From: Raja brachyura
Taxonomy: Eukaryota
Length of the DNA stretch: 64,000 bases
Direction: 5' to 3'
NCBI GenBank assembly: GCA_963514005.1
Contig: OY740811.1
Coordinates: 27,528,001-27,592,000, forward strand
Position numbers and translations under genes: made by a program. Below the pieces are notes generated by a model. The model was not told the DNA's origin. It saw only the letters and a program-made list of their open reading frames with translations, and did no database searches. Below are positions 49,623-63,326 of the stretch, in pieces; positions within the stretch are counted from its first letter, which is position 1, and every line of letters begins with the position of its first letter.

Positions 49623-50982
49623 GTAAGGGACGCACAGGGATTTAGGCACAAAGATGAGGGTTTGCGTTATGATTTAATATGTTCAACAGATTTAACACAA
49701 AATAAAACACCTGATGTAATGAACAGTTACATAATCTAACATAAAAAAACAACTGAAATGGTTGTGCTTTAAGGAGTGCATGAGGCGATGTCTGAGGCAT
49801 GCAACTTTCAGCACGGTTCGAAGGAATAATCACAACAAAATGTTGACATTTGCAAGCTTATCAAATCCCTTCTTTTGACATTTTGTTATCAAATCCACTT
49901 TTGCATTAATTTTCATCTCACTAGTTTACCCCATCTATCTTCCCACTGCATCTCCACACAGTCCCTTTAGATCCCCCAAGGCAATGCACAGTGCTTCTCA
50001 CTGTACCCTTCAGTCCTACCGTCTCATTGCAATCCCATCCCACCTACTCGCCAAGCCATTCTATCTCACAACTCCGCCAGAGAACCCTCTTCACCTGATC
50101 CATGGGACGTTTCCCCATGAAGTAGAATTGGACAACAGCTCGTTAGCTAAGAGTTCAAAACGCAGCGATTAAGCAATTTTAATAAATTGGTCAAATTGTG
50201 ACACTGGATATTTGTAAAATCTCCTGCTGCTGTTGACTGACTAGCACTGGATCAAGACACACAATATACGGTTAATTCTGAAAGTCTTAAAGATATCTAG
50301 GAATGGAGAATACGTATTGCCAAGGCAGCATTGCATACATTCACAAAGGGTTAAATAAAAATGGAAACCAAAATGCACAGAGCAGGTGGCATACTTTAAA
50401 AGTCGATCTTAAATCTGAAAAAAAACTTTTTTGGTTTCCAACAATGTGTCTGCTCACTACCCCGTGGGTACATGGGCGGCTGAGTGCTTCTGACTATTCA
50501 CCCTCTCCACTATTTCCATCACCCTCAGGTTTGTTGACTTACTCCAGTCAATACTGACAAACATTGCCCAGCCCAAAGTATTTATTACTGCTGGGTGTTG
50601 AACAGCTAAAATCAGCAATGTTATAAAAGTTCTCTGTTCACTAAAAGCTTCTGCTGTTATCTCAGTCCAAGAACACTCACTATTTTAGCTGGAGGATAAA
50701 CTATGAAATAGAAGACTATCTTTGTACAAAGTCTGGATTGTTAATGAATGGTTAGGCATTGTAAGGCTTTCCACCGGAACTTGTTCCAACCAGGAGTGTG
50801 TGTTTGTTGTAAGATGGGTGATTGCAAAGGTTTTGCTGAGATGTGATTCCTTTTAGGGTCAAATAGTCTGCCAATATCATTTGGAAATGGGTTATTAAGA
50901 ATGACTACTTCGATAAGACACTAACTGGTGTCATTAGAATCCATCCCCCACTAAGAGCCAACTACTGTTTGGAGGTAAATCG

Positions 50983-51260
50983 TGTCACAGTGGTGCAGCT
51001 GGTGCTGGGTTCAATCCTGACCTCTGCTGCTGTCTGTATGGAGTTTGCACATTGTCCCTCTAACCAGATGGATATCCTCTGGGTGCCTCAGTTTCCTCCC
51101 ACATCCAAAAAGTATGCAGGCTTGACAGTTAATTGGCTTATCGTGCATATCTGATGAGAAAGCGGGATAAGAGAGAACTAGTGTTTAAACAAGTGATTGA
51201 TGATTGGCGTGGAGTCTGTTTGCCGAAGGACATGTTTCCATTGCTGTATTACTAAAACTA
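50983..51260 (+). mobile_element. tRNA-derived SINE (degenerate)
   Basis: GGTGCAG...GGGTTCAATCCTGACC...GGAGTTTGCAC. Confidence 0.72.
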
Positions 51261-51461
51261 ATAGTCATACAGTACAGAAACTGGCCCTTCAGCCTAACTT
51301 GCCCATGCCGACCAAGATGCCCCATCTACACTAGTACCACCTGGCTCCATTTAGCTCATATCCCACTAAAACTTTCCTATTCATGAACCTGTCCAAAAGC
51401 TTTTTAAATGTTGTTATAGTATCTGTCTCAACTACCTCCTTTGGCAGCTCGTTCCATATAC

Positions 51462-53200
51462 ATAGAAACATAGAAAATAGGTGCAGGAGTAGGCCATTCG
51501 GCCCCTTTGAGCCTGCACCGCCATTCAATGTGATCATGGCTGATCATCCAACTCAGTATCCCGTACCTGCCTTCTCTCCATACCCCCTGATCCCTTTAGC
51601 CACAAGTGCCACATCTAACGCCCTCTTAAATATAGCCAATGAACTGGCCTCAACTACCTTCTGTGGCAGAGAATTCCAGAGACTCACGACTCTCTGTGTA
51701 AAGAATGTTTTCCTCATTTCGGTCCTAAAGGAATTCCCCCTTATCCTTAGACTGTGACCCCTTGTTCTGGACTCCCCCAACATCGGGAACAATCTTCCAG
51801 CATCTAGCTTGTCCAACCCCTTAAGAATTTTGTAAGTTTCTATAAGATCCCCCCTCAATCTTCTAAATTCCAGCGAGTACAAGCCGAGTCTATCCAATCT
51901 TTCCTCATATGAAAGTCCTGACATCCCAGGAATCAGTCTGGTGAATCTTCTCTGTACCCCCTCTATGGCAAGGATGTCTTTCCTCAGATTTGGAGACCAA
52001 AACTGTACGCAATACTCCAGGCGTGGCCTCACCAAAACCCTGTACAACTGCAGTAGAACCTCCCTGCTCCTATACTCAAATCCTTTCGCTATGAATGCTA
52101 ACATACCATTTGCTTTCTTCACTGCCTGCTGCACCTGCATGCCTACTTTCAATGACTGGTGTACCATGACACCCAGGTCTCGTTGCATCTCCCCCTTTCC
52201 TAATCTGCCACCATTCAGATAATAGTCTACCCTCATGTTTTTGCCACCAAAGTGGATAACCTCACATTTATCCACATTATACTGCATCTGCCATGCATTT
52301 GCCCATTCACTCAGCCTATCCAAATCACCCTGCAGCCTCCAAGCATCCTCCTCACACCTAACTATGCCCCCCCAGCTTGGTATCATCTGCAAATTTGGAG
52401 ATGTTGCATTGAATTCCCTCGTCCAAATCATTAATATATATTGTAAATAGCTGGGGTCCCAGCACTGAGCCTTGCGGCACCCCACTAGTCACTGCCTGCC
52501 ATTCTGAAAAGGACCCGTTTACTCCTACCCTTTGCCTCCTGTCTGCTAGCCAGTTCTCTATCCACATCAATACTGAACCCCCAATACCGTGTGCTTTAAG
52601 TTTGTATGCTAATCTCTTATGCGGGACCTTGTCGAAAGCCTTCTGAAAGTCTAGATATAACACATCCACTGGTTCTCCCTTATCCACTCTACTAGTTACA
52701 TCCTCGAAAAATTCTATCAGATTTGTCAGACATGATTTACCTTTCGTAAATCCATGCTGACTTTGTCCAATGATTTCACCACTTTCCAAATGCGCTGCTA
52801 TCCCATCTTTAATAACTGACTCTAGCAGTTTCCCCACTACCGATGTTAGACTAACTGGTCTGTAATTCCCCGCTTTCTCTCTCCCTCCTTTTTTAAAAAG
52901 TGGGGTGACATTAGCTACCCTCCAATCCTCAGGAACTACTCCAGAATCTAAGGAATTTTGAAAAATTATCACTAATGCATCCACTATTTCTGTGGCTACC
53001 TCCTTGAGTACTCTGGGATGCAGACTATCTGGCCCTGGGGATTTATCGGCCTTCAATCCGTTCAATTTACCCAACACCACCTCCCGGCTAACCTGGATTT
53101 CACTCAGTTCCTCCATCTTATTTGACCCCCGTTCCACTGCTATTTCCGGCAGATTATTTATGTCTTCCTTAGTGAAGACAGAACCAAAGTAGTTATTCAA
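51462..53200 (-). mobile_element. Young 5'-truncated CR1-clade (HER1-like) LINE, RT domain, in SGPP2 intron 4
   Basis: ORFs 52358-53230 and 51553-52485 together give KSPGPD...NYRPVSLTS...[11 protein letters not shown]...[11 protein letters not shown]...FADDTKL...RPRLEYCVQFW, with one frameshift; (CATAGAAA)n 3' tail at 51461. It is inserted into an older CR1 fragment (51265-51460 and 53225-53545). Confidence 0.95.
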
Positions 53201-54008
53201 TTGGTTATTCAATTGGTTATTCAATACCAACCACCACGTGTGTGAAAAAAGTTGCCCCTCTGGTTCCTATCAAATCTTTCCTCTCTCAACTTAAACCAGT
53301 CCTCTGGCTCATGATTCTCCGACTCTGAATAAAATACTCTGTGCATTCACCCTACCTACCTCCCTCATGATCGTATACACCTCTATAGAACACCCCATAT
53401 CCTCCTGCGCTCCAAGGAATAAAGTCCTAGCCTGCCCAACCTCTCCCAATAGCTCGGGCCCTCAAGTCCTAGGGCCCTCAAGACAACCAAAACTAAATGG
53501 AATACACCAAATGCGGCCACACCAACATCTTGTACAACTGTAACATAACGTAGACACAAAATGCTGGAGTGACCCAGTGGGACAGGCAGCATCTATGGAG
53601 AGAAGAAATGGGTGATGTTTTGTGTCGAGACCCGACTTCACTCACAAAATGCAACACGTTACACTTGTCTGTATTAAAATGCAATTAACTATTTCTCAGC
53701 CCACTTGCCCAACTGAATTAGACCCTGTTGTGATTTTTGATAACCATCTTTGCTATCTACTTACCACCCACTTTAGTGCCATACTAAACAACTAGGGGGA
53801 AATGTTGCACATTCCAGATTGATTAGCATGCTCCCAAATAACTCCCAACACGTAACTATTTCTTTGTTTTGTTTGATCCTTATCAGATGTTTTAGTGCCT
53901 CATTCAGAAAGTGCCCAGCTCTGAAATGCCAGCTTGGTGAGAGATTGGTATTAATATGAAATTAATTCCCATGGTCTGTCACAATTAATGTTTTCTTCTC
54001 TTCTTCAG

Positions 54009-54551
54009 GACGTGCTCTGTGGAATTGCCATCACCGCTGTGCTGGTAACTGTCTCCTACCCTCTCTGGGATGCCATTGAGGCTTTTCAAATGAAGAATCA
54101 CTTTGCTCCTGTGTTAGCATTGACTCTGTCCTTCCTGCTAGCTATAAACTACCCTGAGCTGGATCACTGGAGCACAGCCAGGGGTGACACCACCAATATA
54201 GTCAGTGCAGGTGGAGGAGCTACTCTGGCAACTTGGATTAATTATCAGTGGAACCTCATCCCGGATGCTGTGTCTGCTCCTCCCTATGAAATGCCTTCAC
54301 TGACAACTGAGCTCATCTGTAGGATGGGGGCCCGATTTGTCATTGGTATTGTGATCGTATTTTTTGCCCGGCAGGCTATAAAATCTGTGGCCTTGGCTTT
54401 TGTCTGCAAATTGGCTGGAGTGTCCCCTGGTGACAAGCAGGCTCGCAAACTTCTATGGGTGGAAGTACCCTACAAGTATATTACGTACACATGCCTTGGA
54501 GTGGTTGGACTTGCACTGTGCCCGGCAGTGCACAGATATTTATCACTTTGA
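54009..54551 (+). CDS. SGPP2: SGPP2 exon 5 (terminal coding exon)
   Basis: Acceptor TTCTTCAG|GAC completes SRxxxxxHxxxD; DVLCGIAITA...STARGDTT...EVPYKYITY...HRYLSL*; spliced product is 406 aa. Confidence 0.95.
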   Translation, partial: DVLCGIAITAVLVTVSYPLWDAIEAFQMKNHFAPVLALTLSFLLAINYPELDHWSTARGDTTNIVSAGGGATLATWINYQWNLIPDAVSAPPYEMPSLTTELICRMGARFVIGIVIVFFARQAIKSVALAFVCKLAGVSPGDKQARKLLWVEVPYKYITYTCLGVVGLALCPAVHRYLSL

Positions 54552-54862
54552 TATTGTTACTAACGTACATCACTGCATGCTAGGAATCTGTAAGAGCTAC
54601 TGGTGGACATAGTGCAGAGGGCCGTACCAATTAGTCTGTTGGACTTTGGAATCAGCCTGGGCTTAGTCAACAATCTGAGGGACAGAAGGTCAATGTTCTA
54701 TAGTGAACATCCCTCAATTGACGAGCTACAAATTCTCTGGCAGGAGATGGACATTCTTCTCTTGTTGTTCAGTTGTTGCCTTGGCAAATATGTTTGCATT
54801 TAGGATCTTTGTTTTGCACTGCCTCTCGGGGTACACACAGTCAGTATGGAGTATAGGAACAA

Positions 54863-54925
54863 AAGGACACAAAGTAACTCAGTGGGTCAGGCAGCATCTC
54901 TGGAGAACATGAATAGATGATGATT
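54863..54925 (-). mobile_element. Very short Penelope pLTR fragment with perfect 14-bp TSD in the putative SGPP2 3'UTR
   Basis: GAGTATAGGAACAA at 54849-54862 and 54926-54939 flank GTAACTCAGTGGGTCAGGCAGCATCTCTGGAGAAC. Confidence 0.75.
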
Positions 54926-56143
54926 GAGTATAGGAACAATTAGTTTAATTCTATGCCTTTAGCTCTTTAACAGATAACTCATTCCCACCCAAGTCAGATT
55001 TTAAATGGTTTGTTTGCTCCACATCTGGGTTAGTTACAACATTTGCTTTAAACATTATCAGCAGTGGTTCCATCACAGACCATTCGATGGGCTAAACGTT
55101 ATTGCTAATATTCCTCTGGTAGCTGATCTCCATTTGATTTAATGAGCTCAGCGGTGGTGGTTTGGGAACTGATGAACTGGTGGCCATCGTCTTCAGGGCA
55201 TCTCTGGCTGGAGGGTGGGACACAGTGCTGGCCTTGGAAGAGTTAGGAAATGGCCCTGGATCTCCTCTACATTTTATACAATTTAAAAAGCATTATAACT
55301 TTTCAGAATTCCAACCACTTGGCTGATTTGGATTTACTGGTGGGGATGAAATTGGTTTACCGGACCCACAGGGCTTCACTGACTCAGCACGCAGATCTAT
55401 ATGTGGGGTGCTGACTGTGTGAATAAGTCTTCACCTGTGGGCAGGGTGCTGACTGGGTGTGCAGAGCTCCACATATCACACAGATGTTGAGTATATTTAC
55501 ATGTCTCTAGAGGTCAAACCTTGACTGAGCTGGGGATGCGGGGACTTCTGACACCCAACATCATTCACCTCCATCCCAACTCCAAACCCATACCACAGAT
55601 TGGCGTCTTGGGGATTAATTGGGTTGGGTGGAGATTCCAGATCTTTCAAGAGCTGCAAAGAATATCTGGGTTTGGTGGAGGCCTGTTGCTAATGAGGCTG
55701 TCATATATTCTGGAGCATTTGGCAGGAGCTTTTGTGTCACAGATTTTAAGCAAATGTGTCCAACATGAATCTTCTAATGTAAAATGAAAGCATAAATACA
55801 GGAACTGCGCAGATGGTCAGAATCCTTAGCTCTCGGAGAACCACGATGAAGGTATTTTACCTGGGGGAGTTAACAAGAATGAAGATCACACAGGACAGCA
55901 ATATCTACATATTCTATGCACATGTTATGATGTTAAGATGTTTTCTTGCAACATTCTGTTCTTGCCCTGGTGTGAATGATGATAGAGACACACTTGACTG
56001 TTAGAACCCAGATGAGCCACAAAATGAATTTGCATTCTGCTTCGAAAATACAGTATTTGAAATGTGTCTGTTCAATCTTGATTACTGAAATCCCTGTACT
56101 GTATCCCAATATTTGAGGGTGCTCCCTCATGTAATGAATTTAA

Positions 56144-56149
56144 AATAAA
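56144..56149 (+). terminator. Candidate SGPP2 polyadenylation signal AATAAA
   Basis: First canonical AATAAA I found after the stop codon (about 1.6 kb downstream); usage unverified. Confidence 0.3.
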
Positions 56150-56224
56150 AGAAAATTCCAATTTGGAATTCAAAGCATTTCCAGTTAACTTCTATAACTT
56201 GAGTCCAATTTCCTTGTCGGTCCA

Positions 56225-56655
56225 TACCTGTGACCTCTTCTACTGCATTTGGTTCTCCCAATCTGGCCTCCTGTACATCAGCGAGGCCAAGTGTACATTG
56301 GTGCCTGCTCTGCTGGATCTCCCCATTGCTAACCATTTTAACTTTCTTTCCCATACTGATCATTCTGTCCTGGGCTTCCTCTATTGCCAAATTGAGGCCA
56401 CACACAATCTGGAGGAACTGCACCTAATCATCTGCTTGGGTAGCTTATTATCCAATGGTATGAATATTGGATTCTCCAATTTTATGTAACTATTCTACTG
56501 ACACCCCACTGCTTCTTCCTTGCCCCACATTTTCTACGCATCTTCTCCGTACCCCTCCGGAGGCGTGCCCATTTCTCTTTCCCCCCACCCCATCCATTTG
56601 CACCTTTATCCCTTCCTCTGGCTTCATATTTCACACCTTTTCCATCCTTATCTTT
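56225..56655 (+). mobile_element. Decayed Penelope-like GIY-YIG endonuclease segment, interrupted by a CR1 copy (continues ~57775-58010)
   Basis: ORF 56163-56489 contains DLFYCIW..SGLLYISEAK...DLPIANHFN...SVLGFLYCQ.EAT..LEE.HLI..LGSL..NGMNIGFSNF, a degenerate form of the PLE GIY-YIG domain (YCI.C..C.LLYIGET...HFN...E...I..L....P.G.N). Confidence 0.75.
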
Positions 56656-56658
56656 TTG

Positions 56659-57770
56659 GAAACATAGAAATTAGGTGCAGGAGTAGGCCATTCGGCCCTT
56701 TGAGCCTGCAACGCCGTTCAATATGATCATGGCTGATCATCCAACTCAGTATCCCGTACCTGCCTTCTCTCCATACCCTCTGATCCCCTTAGCCACAAGG
56801 GCCACATCTAACTCCCTCTTAAATATAGCCAATGAACTGGCCTCAACTACCATCTGTGGCAGAGAGTTCCAGAGACCCACCACTCTGTGTGAAAAAAGTC
56901 CTTCTCATCTCGGTCCTAAAGGATTTCCCCCTTATCCTTAAGCTGTGACCCCTTGTCCTGGACCTCCCCAACATTGAGAACAATCTTCCTGCATCTAGCC
57001 TGTCCAACCCCTTGAGAATTTTGTAAGTTTCTATAAGATCCCCTCTCAATCTCCTAAATTCTAGAGAGTATAAACCGAGTCTATCCAGTCTTTCTTCATA
57101 AGACAGTCCTGACATCCCAGGAATCAGTCTGGTGAACCTTCTCTGCACTCCCTCTATGGCAATAATGTCCTTCCTCAGATTTGGAGACCAGAACTGTACG
57201 CAATATTCCAGGTGTGGTCTCACCAAGACCCTATACAACTGAAGTAGAACCTCCCTGCTCCTATACTCAAATCCTTTTGCTATGAAAGCTAACATACCAT
57301 TCGCTTTCTTCACTGCCTGTTGCACCTGCATGCCTACTTTCAATGACTGGTGTACCATGACACCCAGGACGTGCTGCATCTCCCCTTTTCCTAATCGGCC
57401 ACCTTTTAGATAATAGTCTGCTTTCCTGTTTTTGCCACCAAAATGGATAACCTCACATTTATCCACATTATACTGTATCTGCCAAACATTTGCCCACTCA
57501 CCCAGCGTATCCAAGTCACCTTGCAGTCTCCTAGCATCCTCCTCACAGCTAACACTGCCCCCCCAGCTTAGTGTCATCCGCAAACTTGGAGATATTGCCT
57601 TCAATTCCCTCATCCAGATCATTAATGTATATTGTAAATAGCTGGGGCCAGCACTGAGCCTTGCGGTACCCCACTAGTCACTGCCTGCCATTGTGAAAAG
57701 GACCCGTTTACTCCTACTCTTTGCTTCCTGTCTGCCAGCCAGTTCTCTATCCACGTCAATACTGAATCCC
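56659..57770 (-). mobile_element. 5'-truncated CR1-clade LINE copy, same family
   Basis: ORF 56843-57622 is nearly identical to 51553-52485; GVPQGSVL at ~57650; GAAACATAGAAA tail. Confidence 0.93.
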
Positions 57771-58340
57771 CAATTTCTACCCCATTCTTTTCATCTTTGG
57801 TTTTTTGTCCAACCCTCTGCCAATCAAAACCCCCTTCAACTATTTCTACACACTGTCCCTCCACCACCTCACGGCCATGTTTCTCCCCTCCTACTACAAT
57901 CGATTTGAAGGGTCCTAACACAAAACATTGCCTATCCATGTTCTCCAGAGATGCTGCCTGACGCACTCTAGCACTTTTTTTAAATAAACCAACATCTGCA
58001 GTTCTGGTGTCTGTGTCTTCCTCCAGACTTCGTCTATTCAGCCCATTGTATAGAATCTTCATGCACTAACCCACCACAATTTCACAACTATTGTACAGAT
58101 TCCAATGAATGACCTGTTCCTATTGCTGTTCATTCGAAATTCCAGAGGACTAAATTCTTTCCCCTGCATGTCTGTTGAATTGAATCCCATCGGATTTACA
58201 GCTCCCCATTCAGACCCAGTGTTTCAATCCCTAATGGACTGAAATCCCTTAATTTTTAGATCCATTGCATGAAATCTCTTAACCCATCCCTTCCCAAGTT
58301 ATAGAACGACACCGTTTAAGACAACCTAGCAATTATAAAG

Positions 58341-58466
58341 ATAGACACAAAATGCTGGTTCAGCAGGACAGGCAGCATCTCTGGAGAGAAGGACTTCACC
58401 CGCTGAGCTACTCCAACATTTTGTGTCTATCTTCGATTTAAACCAGCATCTGCAGTTCCTATGGCT
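58341..58466. mobile_element. Penelope pLTR-derived fold-back insertion with 11-bp TSD
   Basis: CAATTATAAAG at 58330-58340 and 58467-58477; internal inverted repeat ATAGACACAAAATG/CATTTTGTGTCTAT. Confidence 0.8.
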
Positions 58467-60187
58467 CAATTATAAAGGATTTATTGAGATTTTCTTTGTT
58501 TGGTTAGATGACAGCGAAGAACAATTTACAGGAATGGAGTTGTTTGCGTGTGAGTTTTATTGTTATTTTGTTGCTGCTACGAAGCAAGATATGATCATTT
58601 GTAAAGTATGTTGTAGCTTTAATGACTTCTGGAGCTTGCATAAATGAGGTGCATCATTATATGTCATTATTCTTTGGTCTGTCCACACTTGATCCACTGT
58701 GGGGGGGTCTTGATGGGCAGTGAATGCATCTGATATGTAGGGGAAAATGAGAGGAAGATAATTTGTATTGTTTTATTATTGCCATGTGTGAGGAGATACA
58801 GTGAGAAGCTTTGCTTGCTATCCAGTCAATCATACTATACATGAGTACAATCAAGTCACACACAAGAACAATAAATAATGCAAAGAGAATGGAGATTTAA
58901 AAGAGTGGAACGATTGTATTTACAGTGTTGATTGCAGTCTTAGCTGTTGTCAGGGAAGGAGCACATTACGTTTTGTTTTCCCTGGAGTGAGTAGGTTAAG
59001 AGGGGATATGATTTGAGATATATAAAATCATGAGGAATACAGAGAGGGTAGACTGCAGGAATCCAAAAGCCATATTATAGATGAATCCAACAGGACATAA
59101 ACTTGGGGTAAGGGGTAATGAAGACATCTGAAGAAACATTTTGTTCACCCGGAGAATGATCATAGGCTAGTGACACATGATAGAAATGTCATCATGAAGG
59201 AATGAAAGGACTCCATTCTCTGGGGAGTAGACTGAGGGGCCATTTGATGCACGGGGCAGATAGATGTAGAGAAATTGTTTCCATGTGCAGATGTTTCAGA
59301 GAAAGCTTTTTTACCCAGTTTGGAACTCACTCACACAGGAAGTAGTTGAAGCAATAAATGAAGTTAGTGGGCAACCCAGTAAATATACAGGAGAGAAAGT
59401 GACAGAAGGGTTTACATATAGGAATAAATAAAGTTCTTGCAAAGACACAGGCGTGGACCTGTTGGGCTGAATGGCCTGATTCTGTACTGAAATAATTGCA
59501 GTTCTATGGAATTGTATATGTATAAAATTATGAAAGACATAGATACAGTCAGAACCCATTTCCAAGAGTGGAAGTGTCAAAGACTAGCAGGCAGAGCTTT
59601 AACGAGAGAGGGGTAACATTTAAAGGAGATGTGCAGGGCAATTTTTTTTGTTACACAGAGGGTGGTGGGTGCCTGAACACACAGACAGGTGGCACAGTGG
59701 ACAAGTTGCAGCATGGAATGCTGCAGGGACCATTCGAATGATGTCAGCACGGGGTGATGAGACAGGAAAAGGAGATGTAACACATTTCCTCTGAGAAAGT
59801 CTGGTTCACCAGAGACGGAAACTAAGGTGACCAGTCATCAGCAGAGATTCCAAACACATAGCCTGCAGGTGTCCAACGGGTACAAAACCATTGTGGGGGG
59901 ATTAGCAAGGTCACGTTAGTTTAGCAGCCATGTACAAGTGTGTGAGTACAGAATAATATACTGAAAATCTGTAAATGCCGTTCTCGCTCAGTGTTGGCAT
60001 GGCAGTGAGTTTCCAAGTTAACTGGCAAATAGTGGAGAGATGTGAAACTCAAGAGTGGCAGGTTCTGACAGGAGATAAAGACATGTTCAGTTTAGGAAAA
60101 TAGTGTAACATTAGTTTATTTCAATCCTCGTGCTCTTTACTCTTCCATGTTTAGGATTGAGCGTTGCCAATGGAATTTGCCCCATTG

Positions 60188-60790
60188 TTTAGTTTAGTTG
60201 AGAGATACAGCATGGAAACAGGTCCTTCGGGCCACTGAATCCACGCCGACCAGTGATCCGCACACACTAACACAATCCTACACACATATAACCATATAAC
60301 AATTACACCACGGAAACAGGCCATCTCGGCCCTTCAAGTCCGTGCCGAACAACTTTTTCCCCTTAGTCCCACCTGCCTGCACTCATACCATAACCCTCCA
60401 TACCCTTCTCATCCATATGCCTATCCAATTTATTTAAAAATGATACCAACGAACCTGCTGCCACCACTTCCACTGGAAGCTCATTCCACACCGCTACCAC
60501 TCTCTGAGTAAAGAGGTTCCCCCTCATGTTACCCCTAAACTTCTGTCCCTTAATTCTAAAGTCATGTCCTCTTGTTTGAACACTTGAGACAATTTACAAA
60601 TGTACCAAAGCCAATTAACCTAGAAACCTGTACGTCTTTGGAGTATGGGAGGAAACTGGAGCACCCGGAGAAAACCCACGTGGTCACGGGGAGAATGCAC
60701 AAACTTGTTGCAGACAGCACCCGTAGTCAGGAACGAACCCAGGTCTCTGGCACTGTAAGGCAGCAACCATACCACTGCGCCACCGTGACA
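60188..60790 (-). mobile_element. tRNA-derived SINE interrupted by a CR1-type 3' fragment (~60288-60580)
   Basis: SINE tail at 60188-60287 and SINE body/head at 60581-60790 flank an unrelated LINE 3' end. Confidence 0.72.
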
Positions 60791-63204
60791 TTGTTGGCAC
60801 TCGTTAAACTGCTACTGCATCGACACCCAAGAACCACAGAGATAGGATAGCTCCCTCTAATATAAGCCAGCAAATGCTTTGTCATTGTTTTTAACAATCT
60901 CAAAGCTTGATGGGTGAATATCAATATTTTATGCATTAACCACTCACATGCAGCAAAACTAAAATTTTCCACATGATTGTTATGCCCTTGTGTATGCAGA
61001 ATGTTCAGCATGTATGGTTGACGTCAATTCCTGCGCAAAACCTGTTTTGTGGGTTGCTTCTAAAATTAGGTCACCATTGTCTGATTTTAAAAAAACAGTA
61101 TGGGTCAATTCACAGAGGGGAAGCTTTTTACAACACAGTTTCACAGAACCTGTGGAGCAATATTCTCCAGAATGTGGAAGAGTTCCTCTTGCAAAAGCTA
61201 CTTTGGCTGAGTGCATGGATATTTCTCCAGCTATTATCTTCTTAACATGGGTGCTTCATTTCTATTATATGAATGGAGGCAGAAGGGATTGATCATTGGC
61301 AAAGCAGTGATACCAGGGGATGCTGAGGAAGGGCTGATGCCTGCTGACACTATCCATCAAGAGTATAAAAAGAACAATCTCCAACTCCTGAGGGACAAAA
61401 TATCCACTGAATAGGGCGTTTAAAGTCAAAGGTGATAAAGATCTGAACGTAAGGGTGCCTCCAGATTGTCACTTGGGTAGGCGGGGGTTAAAATTATCTG
61501 CAGTTAATGTCGTGTGTCCTCTTCTAATCTCTGCACTACTTGTATCTGAGGGCTTTCACTCAACCTACTGATTGTTATCAAGTGAATGCAATAAAGATGA
61601 GATGCCACACTTTCTTTCAGTGACCTTGCGAGGGCATGGCCAAATAAGAATTGCTAACTGTGAAATGGGATGTTTCCTGTCACTCACTGAGCTGCGGGAG
61701 TTACAGAGACTGACAGATGCTGTGGGAGTGCTGTACAGTCAGAGGTGTCAATGTTTATAAGCACTAGAGTCTGCTGCTGATGAGTTATTCCATCCCATAT
61801 CTGGGATAAGAAAATCGGGGAAATTCTCCCCAGTATCCTGCCTGTATCTATCCCACAACCAACATCGGGAGTATGAGGAACACATTTTGACATTGATCTA
61901 CACAAGAAGTCCATAAAACAAGAGAATGAAAATTCAAGTAATACACAAAAAAGGTTCTGACCTGTACAGAACTGTTGCTCTAACCAACAGTTCAACGGAC
62001 TGTGACGCATTTCCAGCATTGAAAGACTGAATGTCTCAATAGGTTCCTGTTACCATTTACTCCCAATATAAGTGGCCTCTCGCTCCTTTACATTTCACTC
62101 TATCAATGTATTTTATACCTTTCTCCCTTGCGTTTCGCCCTAAATCCTTCCTGGCTCCTTGCCTTAATTGTTCACTGTATCAGTGAGCTCTACATTTATA
62201 CCAATTCTGGTTAAGGACAATTCTTTATTTTATTGGATTTATTGCTGATAACCATTTAGATTCAGTGGGGATCGGGTTCAAACAGTTGAGTGCCGCACTG
62301 AGCCACTGCTACTTGTCAAAGGCCATTCAAAATCCACTGATTATAAGATGTTAACATTTGCAAATTTAAAAGAATTGGAGTGCAATGTAAAATCTGAAAA
62401 GGTTGGGTATAAATGAATTGACTCCAGTTTCCCAAGAGGCCTCCTTACTCTGAAAGATCAGGCTGGAAATGAAGAAGTAATGATAGAATTCGACTAATTC
62501 GTAAATTAAAGATTGCCTGCATTAATCGCAGAGCCACAGCATTCATATTACCAGGGTTCATAATTGTTATATAAGGACTGAGAGCAGCAACGACCATCTA
62601 GATAACTGATCAGCTCTCAGTAAGATTATTTTTTAAGCCTGCCGGAGGCTTGGCAAAGATGACCAGGAAATGTGTCTGAAAGTTACTGGCTCTTGAAGCG
62701 GGTCCATCTCACTGAATGGGAGATTTGGAAGCGATTAAGTACTTTTAAAGATTTGCTGTTTCACTCTCACCGGTATTTTTTCAAACGTTAAGCTGTTACT
62801 GAATGACTTTCCAGGACTGACCAAGACTTCATTACTATTCTGCTGAAGGGCTGTGGAATCAGAGAAAAATTGCACCACAGAAGGCCATTCAGGCCATCAT
62901 GTCTGTGCCAGTCCAGGGAGAGCTGCCCAACCTAATTCTAGCTTCCAACAATGGATCCACGATCTTGCAGTCTCTTCAAATGCCTTTCCACATACTTTAA
63001 ATCTGCTGAGATTTCTGCCTCTACCACCTTACAGGCAGTGGATTCTAGACCTTTGTCACCTGAAGGGTGAAAACATTAGGTCCCCTAGTTTTTTATCCAC
63101 CTGCTGAGGGGCATGAGTTTATCTGGGCCCCCCATCTTATACATCTAAATTAAATCACTCTTCACCTCCTTTGCTCTGAAGAGAACAGATCTAGCCTAAC
63201 CAGC

Positions 63205-63326
63205 CTGAAGAAGGGTCCTGACCCAAATTGCTATCTGTCCATTCTCTCCACAGATGCTGCCTGACCCTCTGAGTTCATCCAGCACTTTGTGTTTTGCTCA
63301 AAATTCCAGCATCTACAGTTCCTTGT
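63205..63326 (+). mobile_element. Penelope pLTR-derived element (degenerate)
   Basis: CTGAAGAAGGGTCCTGACCCAAA plus the family tail. Further degenerate copies lie at ~21780-21935, 23435-23555, 26953-27062, 29170-29330, 35110-35240, 35890-36095, 40811-40932 and 53550-53640. Confidence 0.65.

Noticed and set aside
51462-53230. Active autonomous LINE
   Set aside because: 5'-truncated (no ORF1 or endonuclease domain) and frameshifted.
36786-54551. Calling the phosphatase SGPP1
   Set aside because: The five-exon structure (159/180/90-bp internal exons), the short N-terminus and PAX3 linkage fit SGPP2.
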